Shown here piece after piece: positions 1-12,928 of a stretch of 27,177 bases of DNA. Origin of the DNA: Rotaria socialis (lineage: Eukaryota). The DNA is taken from the NCBI GenBank assembly GCA_905331295.1, contig CAJNYD010000036.1, positions 124,001-151,177 of the forward strand, written 5' to 3'. Within the stretch, counting starts at the first letter, position 1. Every line of letters begins with the position of its first letter. The notes under the pieces are model-generated. The model was not told the DNA's origin and did not search any database. It saw nothing but the letters and a program-made list of their open reading frames with translations. The translations under genes were made by a program, and so were the position numbers.

Positions 1-1
1 A

Positions 2-3000
2 CAACCAAAGCAAATGATAGCTAATGTTTTAATCCGTATATTACCACGTTTGGCATCATTGAATTATTCCGTATTCTCTCATCAACCATATGTTGATGCA
101 ACAATGAATTTTATATATGAACGTATCAGTTCTCGTGAATTAAAAGAACGTCAATTAGCCTTTCATGCATTAGGTTTAATGATATTAGCTGATAAATTAA
201 GCCGAGCCAACGAAACAGATCTACCGACAACATCAAAACCATTAACAAAAGATATGTCAAAAATTTTAGATTATCTAAAACAAACATTTACTCCAATATC
301 ATCAACAGTAGCATCACTGGCATCAGCACATTCGCATCGTCGTAATAATTCTACCCAATCTGTAGCTGTATCATTACAGCAACAAACATCGTCAATAAAT
401 AATTTATTACCATGTCGATATACAGCGCCCGATTCAAGTGTATTTGCATGTATAACAATGATCGGTGAAGCTGGACCCGATGCCTCCAAATGCTTAGACA
501 CGTTATTAGATTATTTATTGCACTGCGGTTTAAATCATTCATTATTATTTTGTTTAAATAAACTATGTTTAAATCCGTTAATGCATACAGAAACGAAACG
601 TAAAATTCATCAAGGTTTATTGGAAAATCTACGTTCAGTTTTATGTAATTCATTAGCGTATAATACGAATTTATCTAACGAACAAAATGATATTATTATT
701 ATTGCATTACAAACATTAAGAATATTTGATTTTGAAGCACAAGCTATTGAACCATATTTCATTGATATATTAAATACACGTTTTATTGAACACGAAATTG
801 TACGAATAAGAATTGAATCTATTATAACAATAACATTTTTACTGAGAAAATTATTATCACCAACATCACAAACAATTTTATCATCTAACGCAGTCTCATC
901 ATTGACAGCAGCAAATAAATTAAGAATTAAAATTGGTCATATAACGCATAGAATATTAACTATTGGTGTAACTGATTTAGATCCTGATGTACGCTATAAC
1001 GTTTTCTTAACATTACAAGAGGATTTCAAACAATTTTTAGCAAAATCTGAAGCATTAGAATTATTATTTTTTTCTGTTCATGATGAATGCCATGAAATAA
1101 GAGAACTGGCACTAAGTCTTATTGGACGTTTATCAAATATTAATCCAGCTTATGTTTTACCACCGTTAAGACATTTATTATTACAACTATTAACTGAATT
1201 AGAAATCGGTTGTGCTCTAAGCGGAAAAGAACAAGCATCAAGATTATTAGGGCAATTGATTGCAAATACACCAAGAATTGTTCGACCATATATGCAATCT
1301 ATTACTCAAGTATGATGCTTAAATTTTATTATTTTTCTTTTAGAAATTAATTCGAACAATTAAGTTTGTCATACATGAGCATTCGATACTAATTTAGCTA
1401 ATATTCTATCTGAATTATACGGAATCGAATAGAAAAATGTTTGCTAATTTAATAGTAAATCTGAAAACTAATAATAGTGCAATATTTTGTATTCAATGTT
1501 TATGAGCGAGTAGGATGGCACCTTGTTTCGTAAATTATTCTTCGTATGGCTCTTTTTTGTCATGTATATACGAGATAAACTTTCTATTTTCGATTACGAT
1601 AGGGAACCGATAATTATTTTCTGAGTTTATAACCTCTACTCCAAGTCTCTTTCATCCATTGCAAAATTTGGAAGTCAAAAAATACCAAATGTTTTCGTTA
1701 ATATCACCCCCTTTACTTTACTATTTTGAAGACTTTATTTGGATACAATAGAATTTTCTCTAATTCCAGGCTCTATTACCATTAATAAAACAACACGAAC
1801 AGCATTCCAATGTTTTGATTGCCTTAGTCCGAACAGTTGGTGAACAAGCTCAAGTTTGTGGTATCGATCTTGATCAACGTGTACATGATCTGTTTCCTAT
1901 TCTAATAAATATGATGCAAGATACTTCGAACTATCGCAAGCGTGAAGTTGCCCTATGGACTATTGGACAAATTGTTGAAAGTTGCTGTTATGTAATTGAG
2001 CCATTACAAAAATATCCTATTTTACTCGATGTACTGTTGCAATTTTTGAAATCACCTGAAGAAACTCCTTTTCGTCGTGAAACAATACGTGTTCTTGGAT
2101 TTCTTGGTGCACTCGATCCCTATCATGTTCGCTCTTCAAATGACCCACTTCGTTCATTATCATTCGATGTCAATGATATAACATCAACACATCGTGTTCG
2201 TGCTCAACCAGATCCAATTGAAATATCGTCAAATGAACTTTTAGTGGCATCCGGTGCTCAATCATTAACTGATTTTTATACTTCAATGGCAATCTATGTT
2301 TGTCTTCGCGTATTAAAAGATCCAAATAGCCCACAATTACATTTAAAAGCTGTTCAAGCCATATCCATCATACTTCAATGGCTTGGAAGTTCATGCACAC
2401 AATATGTTTCACTTGTTTTACCACGACTATTATCTGTTGTACGCAGTACAGATGATAGAAATTTAGTACCTTATTTTCGTCAAATAAATATTATAATAAT
2501 ATCAATAAAAGGCTCAATAATTCAATATGTCAATGATGTTGTTCAATTAATTCGTGATTATTGGGATACACATACAGATTTACAAATCTTACTTATTCAA
2601 ACAATTGAATCATTAGCTGCTGCATTAGACACTGAATTTCGTCATTATATTCATTTGTTATTACCATTTGTTATGAAAACATTTCGCATAGATTCAAGTG
2701 TATCAGGCTTAAATAATTTAACAGCAAATCAAAGTCAAGATCGACAATTAATTTTATCACAAATGTTTTCAACATTAAATAAATTTGGTAAAACATTAAA
2801 ACCACATTTTAATGTTGTTCTACCATCAATATTAGATATTGCATCAACAAATACCTATCCAATAAAATTACAAAAAGAAGCATTAGACACTATTGAACAA
2901 CTAGCTGATAAAGTTTTTCTAAGTGATTATGTTTCGGCTATATTACAAATTTTACTACGAATTATACGTAAAACAGCACCATTACAAATAAAATGTTTAG

Positions 3001-6000
3001 ATATTATTTTGATCATAGCACAACAAATGGGTAAACATTTTCTTGTATTTAGTTCACTCGTATCAAAAACTATGGAAGATATGAAATTGCAACATTCAAA
3101 ATATGAATTATATATATCGAAATTAAAAGATTCATCATTTGTTGATGTACAAACAGAAACGATTGCTAATTCAAATCAATTATCAACTCAATCATCAAGT
3201 GATACATCACGAAGACACGACGAGAAAGTTTTATATACAATACGCACTGATCAATTGCGATTACATTGGACACAAGCTATGCAAAGAAAAGCTAAAGATT
3301 TACCTATGTGGCTAAATAAATTTCAACAACTTGTACTCGAACAATCGCCTGTTTATCCATTACGTGCTATGGGTACTTGCTTAGCACAAGTATCACCATC
3401 GATTCCACGTGATTTATTCAATGCATCATTTATATCCTGTTGGAGTGAATTGAATTCTCATGATCGACAAAGTCTAACAAATGCATTAACATATGTTCTA
3501 TCGGAATCCGATAAACCTGATGTTATACAAACAATATTAAATCTTGCTGAATTTCGTAATCAATGTGATCTAAAATTAAAGTTAGAACGTCAACAAAAAA
3601 CAAATAAACGTAGTGAAGATACAAATTTAAACGATACAAATGATGATATTCCTAGTGATAGAGATAAAACAAAAAAGAAAGATCAGAATCAAGATAATGG
3701 CGATGATCTTGAACGTTCGTTAATTAATATAAATTTATTAAGTGAAAAAGCATTTAGTGTTCGAGCTTATGCTAAAGCTTTAAGATATAAAGAAGAAGAA
3801 TTTCAACGGCAACATGATGCAGCATCGACTACTCAACAATCAGTGACATCCGATATTGTTGAATCGTTAATTAGTATTAATCATGAATTGCAACAATCCG
3901 AAGCTGCTTATGGTGCACTGCAATATGCTAAACATCATAATATAAAAATAAAAGGTCTTTGGTATGAAAAATTAAATCAATGGGAACGAGCATTAAGAAA
4001 TTATGATTTTCTTAAAACGAATGATTCATCGAATATGGATATACATCTTGGACGTATGAGATGTATGCAAGCACTTGGTTCATGGTCTGAATTAAGAGAA
4101 TTGGCCACTCAAATATGGGATATTACAGAAACACTTCGTGATGAACAGCCAGTGTCATTGTTACCATTTTCAACAAGTTTAATTGATAGAACGTCTTCAT
4201 CAACAGTATTCAATTCTCATCAAGGAATGGTCAATGGACGTGAATTAAAAAAGTATCTTCAACAAAAAATTGCACCTATGGCAACACGTGCAGCATGGAG
4301 TCTTGGAGATATGCCAGATTTGGAAAAATATTATATTCATATACCCGATACAAAATTTGAAGGAGCTTATTATCGGGCTGTTGATGCTATTAGAAATGAT
4401 AATTTTAGACAAGCACAAGATTCAATTGATCTAGCAAGAGAATTGTTAGATGTTGAATTAACAACATTAGCTAATGAAAGCTATAATCGAGCATATTCAG
4501 GTAATTAACTAGTTCTAATTTCATTATTATAATTACAAAAGATAGCCAGTATATGAGAATTATGAATTTCATTTGACTATTTGTATTAATGAGTGGCAGC
4601 TAGGAATACTGATATTAGCACCATTCGTATTTTTTGTTCTAATAAACAAAAGTACTCGATTTCATGCTTGAAATTAAGCACATCTATGTACTTTAATAGA
4701 ACAGATGAATTACAAATAATAGATTTAAAAACTCGTCGGATTTATTTTGCTTATAAATAATTATATTACGAATAAAAATAATATTTATTATTCATGTTTA
4801 GCTATGATCAATGCTCAACTTTTGTCTGAATTAGAAGAAGTATGGTATTATAAAATTTTACCTGAACGACGTCAATCAATATGTGAAATTTGGCAAAAAC
4901 GAATGCAAGGCAATCAACCAATCATTGATGATTATCATCGTTTATTGTTGACACATTCACTTTGTTTACCCATGGCGCAAGATCTTCTATCGTGGATAAA
5001 ATTAGCTAATCTATGTCGTCAATCAAATCGTTTAACGATGGCTGATTTTATATTTAAAGAATTAACACATACTGTTTTAAATGATCAAACAACACTGAAT
5101 CGTGATGTATCGATCATTAGTCCAAATGCATTTCAAACTCAATCATCACATCATTTTGGTATTCAAGCAACAACAACATCTGCATTTTCATTGCAATCTC
5201 AACAAACATTTTATCATCCAACATTAATCGATCAACAATTAGTTAAATATGAAAAGGCTAAATATGATTGGCATTGTTTAGTTTCAACACGTGAACGTCT
5301 TATACTTGAAAGACAAAATCGAAAACCGGTTTCAACTAATGAAAATAGTCCACAATATGATGGTGTTCATAGTACGCCTACACTAACGCCATCGTTATCG
5401 TCATCTAGTTTATCATCATCAACATCAAACTCGGAAAGTATAAATGTTAAACTAGAACAAAATCGTGTGGAACAATTACGATTAATCGATGACATGAAAG
5501 AAATGGTTCTGAAAACGTGTGTACCAGCATTGGATCATGTAAGAAAACAAGCGGCAACAACAACTGGAAATGCACAACAACAAGCAATGATAGCAACTAG
5601 TGGCGGCGCAACACCAGCTACTGCAGGAGCTACACTAGCTGGAGCCAATCAAAATGTTAATACAATGCAACAATTATCTGTAAGATTTTAATTTACAAAA
5701 AAAAGAATTCTTTTAATTTATTCTACAGTAAAATTTATTCCCAAACGAGCATTTTTTTTATTCTGAATAGCAGGTTCATATTGCGAGTGTTCTGAGCAGC
5801 CTTTATTTTATTACCTATGTACTACACGAGAGAAACAGTGATTTCGTTTGTTTTGTTTTGATAAATAATCATTTATAAGAAAAAAATTAGACTAAATTCA
5901 TAATTTTCAATTTCATTTTCATTAGGCACTTTCTGTAACAACTACAAATGCTACGCCACCAATTAATTCTGCAGCATTTTCTCTAATGACGTCAACTAGT

Positions 6001-9000
6001 TTATCAACATCATCACAAGTAGTTAATCAGCGTGAACAACGTCTTCGTCAATTAATATCCAAATGCTATTTAAGAATCGGTTCATGGCAACATGAAATGT
6101 TCGGCATGGCAGATGATATTATATTATCTGAAATAATGAAAAATTATGAACATGCTTGGACCTATGATGATTCAAATTATAAAGCATGGAATGCCTATGC
6201 AGTGCTTAATTATGATGCTGTTAGTTATTTTAAGCAACGTATCCAGGAATTATCGCGTAGTAGTCAACCACAACAAACTCCACCGTCTCCATCAACACTT
6301 ACTGTTGATGCTGCAATATCGCCCACTCGACAGCCACAATCACCGCCATCTCAACAACAACAAATTCCACCACCACCACTACCACTGTTGCCACCATTGC
6401 CACCACAACAACAGCAACAAAGTCTGGATGCATCGAATGAGGCTTATCGATTGTTAACACAAAAAATGATTCATTGTACAATACCAGCTGTAAAAGGTTT
6501 ATTTAAATCGATTGTACTTTCAAAAGCTAAACATTGTTTACAAAATACTCTTCGTTTACTAACACTATGGTTTGAATATGGACAATATCGTGAAGTTTAT
6601 GATGCCATTACTGAAGGTAACAAAACAGTACCAGTTGAAGTTTGGTTACATGTATTACCACAATTGATTGCACGTATTGATTCTCCGAGACCATTAGTTC
6701 ATCAATTAATACGTCATTTACTTATTGATGTTGGTCGACAACATCCTCAAGCATTAATCTATCCATTAGTTGTTGCATCAAAATCAGTTGTACGTGAACG
6801 AGAAGTTGCAGCCAATCGAGTATTAAATAATATGCGAGAACATAGTCACACACTTGTACAACAAGCTTTAGTTGTTAGTGAAGAATTAATTCGAATATCT
6901 ATATTATGGCATGAAAAGTGGCATGAAGGTTTAGAAGAAGCATCGAGACAATATTTTGGTGATAGAAGTATAGCAGGTATGTACGCATTGATTTTCATCT
7001 GTATTAAAAGAAAAATATTTAATAAGAAATAAGCTATTGTTGAGCTATGGAAAACAAAACAGATCTACGTGAGGATATGTATTTCTTAGTTTTGATAATA
7101 AGTTTGAGATCAAAAAATCGAAACTAATTAATTTTCTAGCAAAAATTGAACTCTTTCTAAGTTCGATATGATCACTCTGATATTCAGTCATTTGCAAAGG
7201 CATATCATGATTCTTTCTAAATTCTATTTTATTTTTTATTTTTGCATAAAATTCAATCTATGACTTTATTTTTAAAGGCATGATTGAAACATTGGAACCA
7301 TTGCATGCAGCAATCGAGCGTGGAAGTACGACACTAAATGAACGTACATTTCTCGATTCATATAGTACCGATTTAACTCAAGCTCATGAATGTATTCGTC
7401 GTTATCAACGAACAAAAGATCAACGGGAATTACATCAAGCATGGGATTTGTATCATCAAGTTTTCAAACGTATTCATGCTCAATTGCCCAATATAACATC
7501 TCTTGAATTGGATTATGTTTCGCCGCGTAAGAAAATATTCTAATAAGAAATTACTTATTTTTTTGTATTTTAATTCTTGTAGGTTTAGCCACACATTGCC
7601 GTGATTTAGAATTAGCTGTACCAGGTACTTACGAACCACATAAACCACCAATAACAATAAGAAATGTTCAATCACATATAACAGTTATAACATCAAAACA
7701 ACGACCAAGAAAAATTAGTATAACAGGCTCTGACGGATATGAATACGTCTTTTTACTTAAAGGACACGAAGACCTACGGCAAGATGAACGTGTTATGCAA
7801 TTATTTGGTTTAGTTAATGAATTTCTATCGGCTAATGATGAAACACGGCGTCGAAATTTTATTATTCAACGTTATCCCGTCATACCATTGGCACCAAATA
7901 ATGGTTTACTTGGTTGGGTTGCACAATGTGATACATTTCATGCATTGATAAAAGAACATCGTGAAAAAGCGTGTATAATGCTCAATGCTGAACATCGTCA
8001 TATGCAAGCAAAAGCTCCACATTATGATCAATTACCATTGATCAATAAAGTTGAAGTATTTGAATATGCACTAAACTTATTAGACGGCGATGATTTAGCA
8101 AAAATTCTATGGCATAAAAGTTCAAGTGCAGAGATATGGTTAGATAGAAGATCAAATTATACAAGATCATTAGCAGTGATGTCTATGGTAAATAATAGGA
8201 GGAAAAAAGCGATTAAACCGGAAAGTTTCATATTTTCTATTGAAATCTTCTTGTATTGTTTAGGTTGGTTATATATTAGGTTTAGGTGATCGTCATCCAT
8301 CGAATTTAATGTTGGATCGTGCAAGTGGAAAAGTTGTTCATATAGATTTCGGTGATTGTTTTGAAGTCGCAATGACAAGAGAAAAATTTCCCGAAAAAAT
8401 TCCATTCCGTTTAACACGTATGCTACGAAAAGCAATGGAAGTTACTGGTATTGATGGAACGTTTCGTATGACATGTGAACATGTTATGGATGTATTAAGA
8501 AAAAATCGTGATAGTCTTATGGCTGTATTAGAAGCATTTGTTCATGATCCATTACTTAATTGGCGTCTATTGGAAAATAATACAAATGAACAAAATACTG
8601 TAATATCAACAATAAGCAATCGTTCACCACAAACAAGTCAACAACAACAACAGCAACCACATTATCAACCACATTTATCAACTGTTAATGAAGAAGATAA
8701 TGAACATGAGAGTACAATTGGCGGTACAACACAACAACAACAACAACAACAGCAAAATGTTCAATATCTTGCTACACAGCCTGGCCGAACCATACGGGCT
8801 GTAGAAATCATGAATCGGGTGCGAGAAAAATTAACTGGAAGCGATTTTCATCGAGATCAACCTGTTGATATACCAACACAAGTCGAATTACTTATTAAAC
8901 AGGCAACAAGCCATGAAAATCTTTGCCAGTATGTTTACAACTTTTTTTCTATTACGAACGATTTCTATTGTTATCTATTTTAGATCGTATATTGGTTGGT

Positions 9001-9014
9001 GTCCATTTTGGTAA
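2..9014 (+). CDS. MTOR: Serine/threonine-protein kinase mTOR (5'-truncated by the window; HEAT, FAT, FRB, PI3K-like kinase, FATC)
   Basis: Phase-consistent GT-AG exons: <2-1309, 1770-4500, 4802-5679, 5926-6976, 7278-7526, 7583-8187, 8264-8928, 8984-9014 (2505 aa in window). Diagnostic motifs: [10 protein letters not shown] and [10 protein letters not shown] (FAT), [20 protein letters not shown] (FRB), [44 protein letters not shown] (kinase), [14 protein letters not shown] (FATC). Confidence 0.98.
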
Positions 9015-9439
9015 ATAAATATAAATGTGTTTTTCTTCCAGTGAGACATTGATGTAGTGTACGATTTTATTTGTATATATATTTCGTTTTCCTTCTTTTT
9101 CTATATGAGAATAAAAAATTCTTTAAATCGATTTATTTGATTTGAAATAGCTATTGTTACTTTTTGATTTATTTATTTTTATCAAGGCTCTTTTGCGTTT
9201 TTCTTTTGGGCGATTAAAAAAAATTTGATGATTAAAGGCAGAGTGCGTTTTTATTTTGCTTTTTCTGTCGATGTCTATAGACAAGCGAGAAAAAAATGGC
9301 GCGCATACGATGTGTTTTTTTTTCTTTTACGTTTATTTTATCGAGTGTCTGTGGTCGAATGAAGCAAAAGGAAAAAAATAAATACTAATAGTCAATATGT
9401 ACAAAACGATGTGAATGAACTATAGTAAAAAGAAAATTT

Positions 9440-10219
9440 TTAAGATCCACTTTTAAACAGTAAAATCGATAGAGGACCTTTTGTTAAATAAATAAATCCA
9501 TTCATTTCATGTGTCACGTATGAACTGAATTGCCTTCCAACGATGCAATGCCAACACGACGCAAATGCTTTATCGGCTGATCGTTTAAGAAAGCCTGCTA
9601 ATTCACGTTGACTACTTAAATCATATTTTTGAAAAGCTGAACGTACTAATTCAATCATTTCTTGTTCATATGCCGCCGATAAATCAGTTGATTTTACTAT
9701 CAAATCCTCATCATAAACATCACGTGGAGTTCTTTGTTGTTGTTGTTGCTGCTGCTGTCCATATGGATTGTTAGTCGTATTTGTTCCATTTCTTGTAGTT
9801 GAATTATAAACTGATGATTCTGATCGATAGATTTGATTTTGATCATTAAGTAAATCATCGTAGGAATGTGATCGACCATTTCCAGTCGTACTATTATTTG
9901 AACGCAATAGTTCATTGCCACCAGTGTATGAACGATACGATGTTGATTGATATTTATTTGGATTTATATCATTCGATGTAATATTATAACCGCTTGTATA
10001 TTTGTTTGGTGATCCTGCACGTATTGAAATTGATGTTGAAGGTACAGCAGAATTGGAATAAGCCGTATTAACACGTCTTGATGCGATACTACCATCATTC
10101 ATTATTTGATAAGAATTTAATTTATTTTGATTTAAAGATTGATCTTGATAATTTGGCGAATCAACTCCGAACGTTGAAGTTCGAATAGGTGAAGATGATG
10201 AATATGTAGATGTATACAT
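9440..10219 (-). CDS. Dynein light chain LC8-family domain protein with long low-complexity N-terminal extension (259 aa)
   Basis: Single uninterrupted ORF. The C-terminal ~88 aa (about 9440-9706) carry LC8 signatures WHCIVGRQFSSYVTHE and ILLFKSG. The N-terminal ~170 aa are S/N/T/Y-rich with a poly-Q run. Confidence 0.9.
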   Translation of the reverse strand: MYTSTYSSSSPIRTSTFGVDSPNYQDQSLNQNKLNSYQIMNDGSIASRRVNTAYSNSAVPSTSISIRAGSPNKYTSGYNITSNDINPNKYQSTSYRSYTGGNELLRSNNSTTGNGRSHSYDDLLNDQNQIYRSESSVYNSTTRNGTNTTNNPYGQQQQQQQQRTPRDVYDEDLIVKSTDLSAAYEQEMIELVRSAFQKYDLSSQRELAGFLKRSADKAFASCWHCIVGRQFSSYVTHEMNGFIYLTKGPLSILLFKSGS

Positions 10220-10299
10220 ATCTGAATGAGACGGCTTGTTGCCTATTTATATATATATACTCTCCTTTTCTTTCTTCGTGTTCTTTTACTTCTTCTACT

Positions 10300-10304
<5 letters not shown>

Positions 10305-10334
<30 letters not shown>
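10305..10334. repeat. (CT)15 microsatellite upstream of the LC8-domain gene
   Basis: Perfect dinucleotide run read directly; lies about 85 bp 5' of the minus-strand ATG at 10219. Confidence 0.95.
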
Positions 10335-10339
<5 letters not shown>

Positions 10340-12218
10340 TCTTCTTAATTTACATATAGAAAACAAGAGAGAAATGAAACGTTTGCTGCCGTTGTTAATT
10401 GAACCAAGTCGAGGTTTTATAGGTTTCCAATATTTGACACAACTTCAGTTGTATAGTTTCAATCGATTCAATGTATTCTTTTATTTGATGTATGCCGAGA
10501 ATCTAGCAATTTTAATGATAATAAAAGTATGAATGCAACCAGGAAAAAAAGAAGGTAATGATGCCGGCGAAAAAAAGCTTTTTCTCTTCTTTTGACACAG
10601 TCAAAGAAGCCGAGACAACAAGGGGCAAAAGAGAATCTCCTATATTTTTTTCTTTCCCATTCTGTTTCACATTTGACAGTTAAAAAAGAAATAAAAAAAA
10701 AAGAAGAAATTGTCAAATATAAAAAACACTTTTTTCACCAGAGTAGATCAAGAAGTGTATTGGACCTTGTCGTGCATCGAATTTATGAGTGTACGATACA
10801 TATTTTTCATATGTAAAAATAGTAAATTATAATATCCGTACGCCCCTCTTACTTATACTTGAGTATGTTCTTGATCAGGATAAAATCTACATTCTATTTC
10901 ATACAAAAACAGTCCTCTTATGCATATGCATTAAAATAATACATTGAAAACGAACAAAAAACGTATGTATTATTTTACAACTCAATGTACACAGATCTAC
11001 CTTTCACGCGCCTGCTTATCCATAATGACAATCGCCTGGGCGTATTTATATATATGTGCTCAAGATCAAGGCCAGCCCAAGAGAATAGAAAAGAGTATCC
11101 TAATCATTATATTAGTATGTACTAAGAACATATGTCGTCCCTACTGGTAGCCACATGCGTTTTGGTTTATAATTGTTGGATATCAAGGATACATTATATT
11201 TTCTTATCAGTTTTGATCAAATAATGTTCTCAAATTGAAATATTTTATTTAGTGATTGAAACTTTTTGATAAAACTTAATGCAAATTTTATTCTTTCATA
11301 TAATCTAGAATCTATTTATTTATTTCTCAAAGTCATTTTTATGATAATAACGATGGAAATCTTCATCAATTATCACATCTGTCGCAACCCATTGAATGAG
11401 CACCATCTTTTTTCTGTGTGTTGTATTTTGTTCAAAATCTTATGTAATGTTAGAAAAAGAGAACAACCGGGAACAGAAATGAAGATAGATTAAAGAATTT
11501 GACTCATTTGCATGTCATTTTCACATCGGATTATGATTGTACAGAATAACCTTGACACAATGTATCGAAATTTTAAAAAATACATTTTTATATACGTATA
11601 TACATAAGCATTGCACGCCTACATTCTATTTGACAAGTGTACCTGCGTATGTACGATAAAGTGTTATATTACATGAGCGCTGGTCGCATCTATTGGCATA
11701 GATGCAGATACATATGTATAGATATACATGTCGATTGTCAATATATGTGTGTGACGCTAATCCAATGATATAGACATGTGTAAACTGTTTGATCATATGC
11801 ATCGCTTCAAGTGTCTCAATAATAAAAAAAGATTCGAAAAAAATATAGTTTCTGAATAAGAATGTCACCAGTACTTAAGCTTCAATAAGAATTTCTGCGT
11901 ATTAAAATGTCGTATGTAATTAAGAAGAAATGAATGTACTACGTGAAAAAGAGAAAGAGTGTACTAGTATAAAAACTAAAAGGTTTATAACCAAACATAA
12001 AATTTATTCATACTGATGAAGTGGTTTTCAGTGATATTCTAATTCGATGAAAACAAATTCAATATTTATATTTTTTTTATGAATCTTTATTTTGATTCTT
12101 AGTACTCAAACGAGCCCATTATTAGACTCTTCAATATAGTTTAGCATATTATGACCGTTCTTTCACATTATCATATCAGAGACAAAAATAAAATATAAAT
12201 AACATAAGCTTCAAACGA

Positions 12219-12638
12219 TTAATCCGACTGCAAAAAAACGAATATCATAGCCAATACATAATAAAACATAAATCCAAATGTACTATTAGCATAAGCTTAT
12301 TTGCTTGATGTTATGTCATACTCTCCATCATAATCGCATGTATCATTTTTACCTACTACTGAAACTTGAAAAATGAATCTCGTCCTTGCTTTTTATTACT
12401 TGTCTTTAACTTCCACTTACTGACATTATTGTAATAAATGAAAGCTGGTTCAAGCGTTCTATTGAATATTTCATCATCAACGAACTCTTTTTCATAAAAA
12501 TCAAAAGAAAGAATATTGATCTAATAGTTAACGATTAAACTATTGACAGTCATGTTGATTGATTATGCACACATTCTATGCATAATCTATGTTTGCTATA
12601 CCAAAAGTACAAGTAACAATGGATCCAAATGTCGTATC

Positions 12639-12681
<43 letters not shown>

Positions 12682-12928
12682 GATGAATAGAATAATTTTA
12701 GTTTCTCACTTGAAATTTCACTATTCTATTAACAAAAATCAAAACGTCAAGTGTTATTATGCATTTTATTTTATTAATTGTCTGAAATTTAGAAATTCTG
12801 CTTGAATGAGAAGAAAGAATAAATTTATGCATCTGATTTAAACGTATCTGATACAAGTTAAAAATAAGGAAAAGCAAGGGTTTTTCTAATTTAAAAGTTA
12901 AACTGTAGCATTTTTTTGTATCGTTCAT
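12219..12928 (-). pseudogene. Candidate cryptic 4-exon gene or pseudogene, possibly a small surface/GPI-type protein with a premature stop
   Basis: Phase-consistent minus-strand exons 12928-12710, 12637-12602, 12520-12421 and 12358-12297. Introns are 72, 81 and 62 nt; the last has strong GTAAGT...TTTCAG sites. TAA at 12299-12297 is followed in frame by a 25-aa hydrophobic tail ending at 12219. No family recognised. Confidence 0.35.
12639..12680. repeat. (TAT)14 microsatellite
   Basis: Perfect trinucleotide run read directly. Confidence 0.95.

Noticed and set aside
6255..6430. Pro/Gln-rich tract in mTOR FAT as a novel insertion
   Set aside because: Human mTOR also has a low-complexity loop of similar length here, so only the composition differs.
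271..8435. Short antisense or alternate-frame ORFs over mTOR (271-501, 351-653, 6146-6457, 6299-6481, 7430-7675, 8157-8435)
   Set aside because: Shadows of the mTOR reading frame; the His/Cys-rich or Val-rich content simply mirrors CCA/CAA codon runs.
11646..11720. Cluster of short palindromes (GCATCTAT-TGGC-ATAGATGC, ATACATATGTAT)
   Set aside because: Short, in alternating purine-pyrimidine AT-rich sequence; plausible by chance and no element boundaries seen.
10236..11868. ORF-track entries 10236-10532, 10468-10716, 10592-10816, 10944-11150, 11266-11493, 11626-11868
   Set aside because: Low-complexity translations of microsatellite or AT-rich DNA, mostly non-ATG starts, with no motifs or supporting splice structure.
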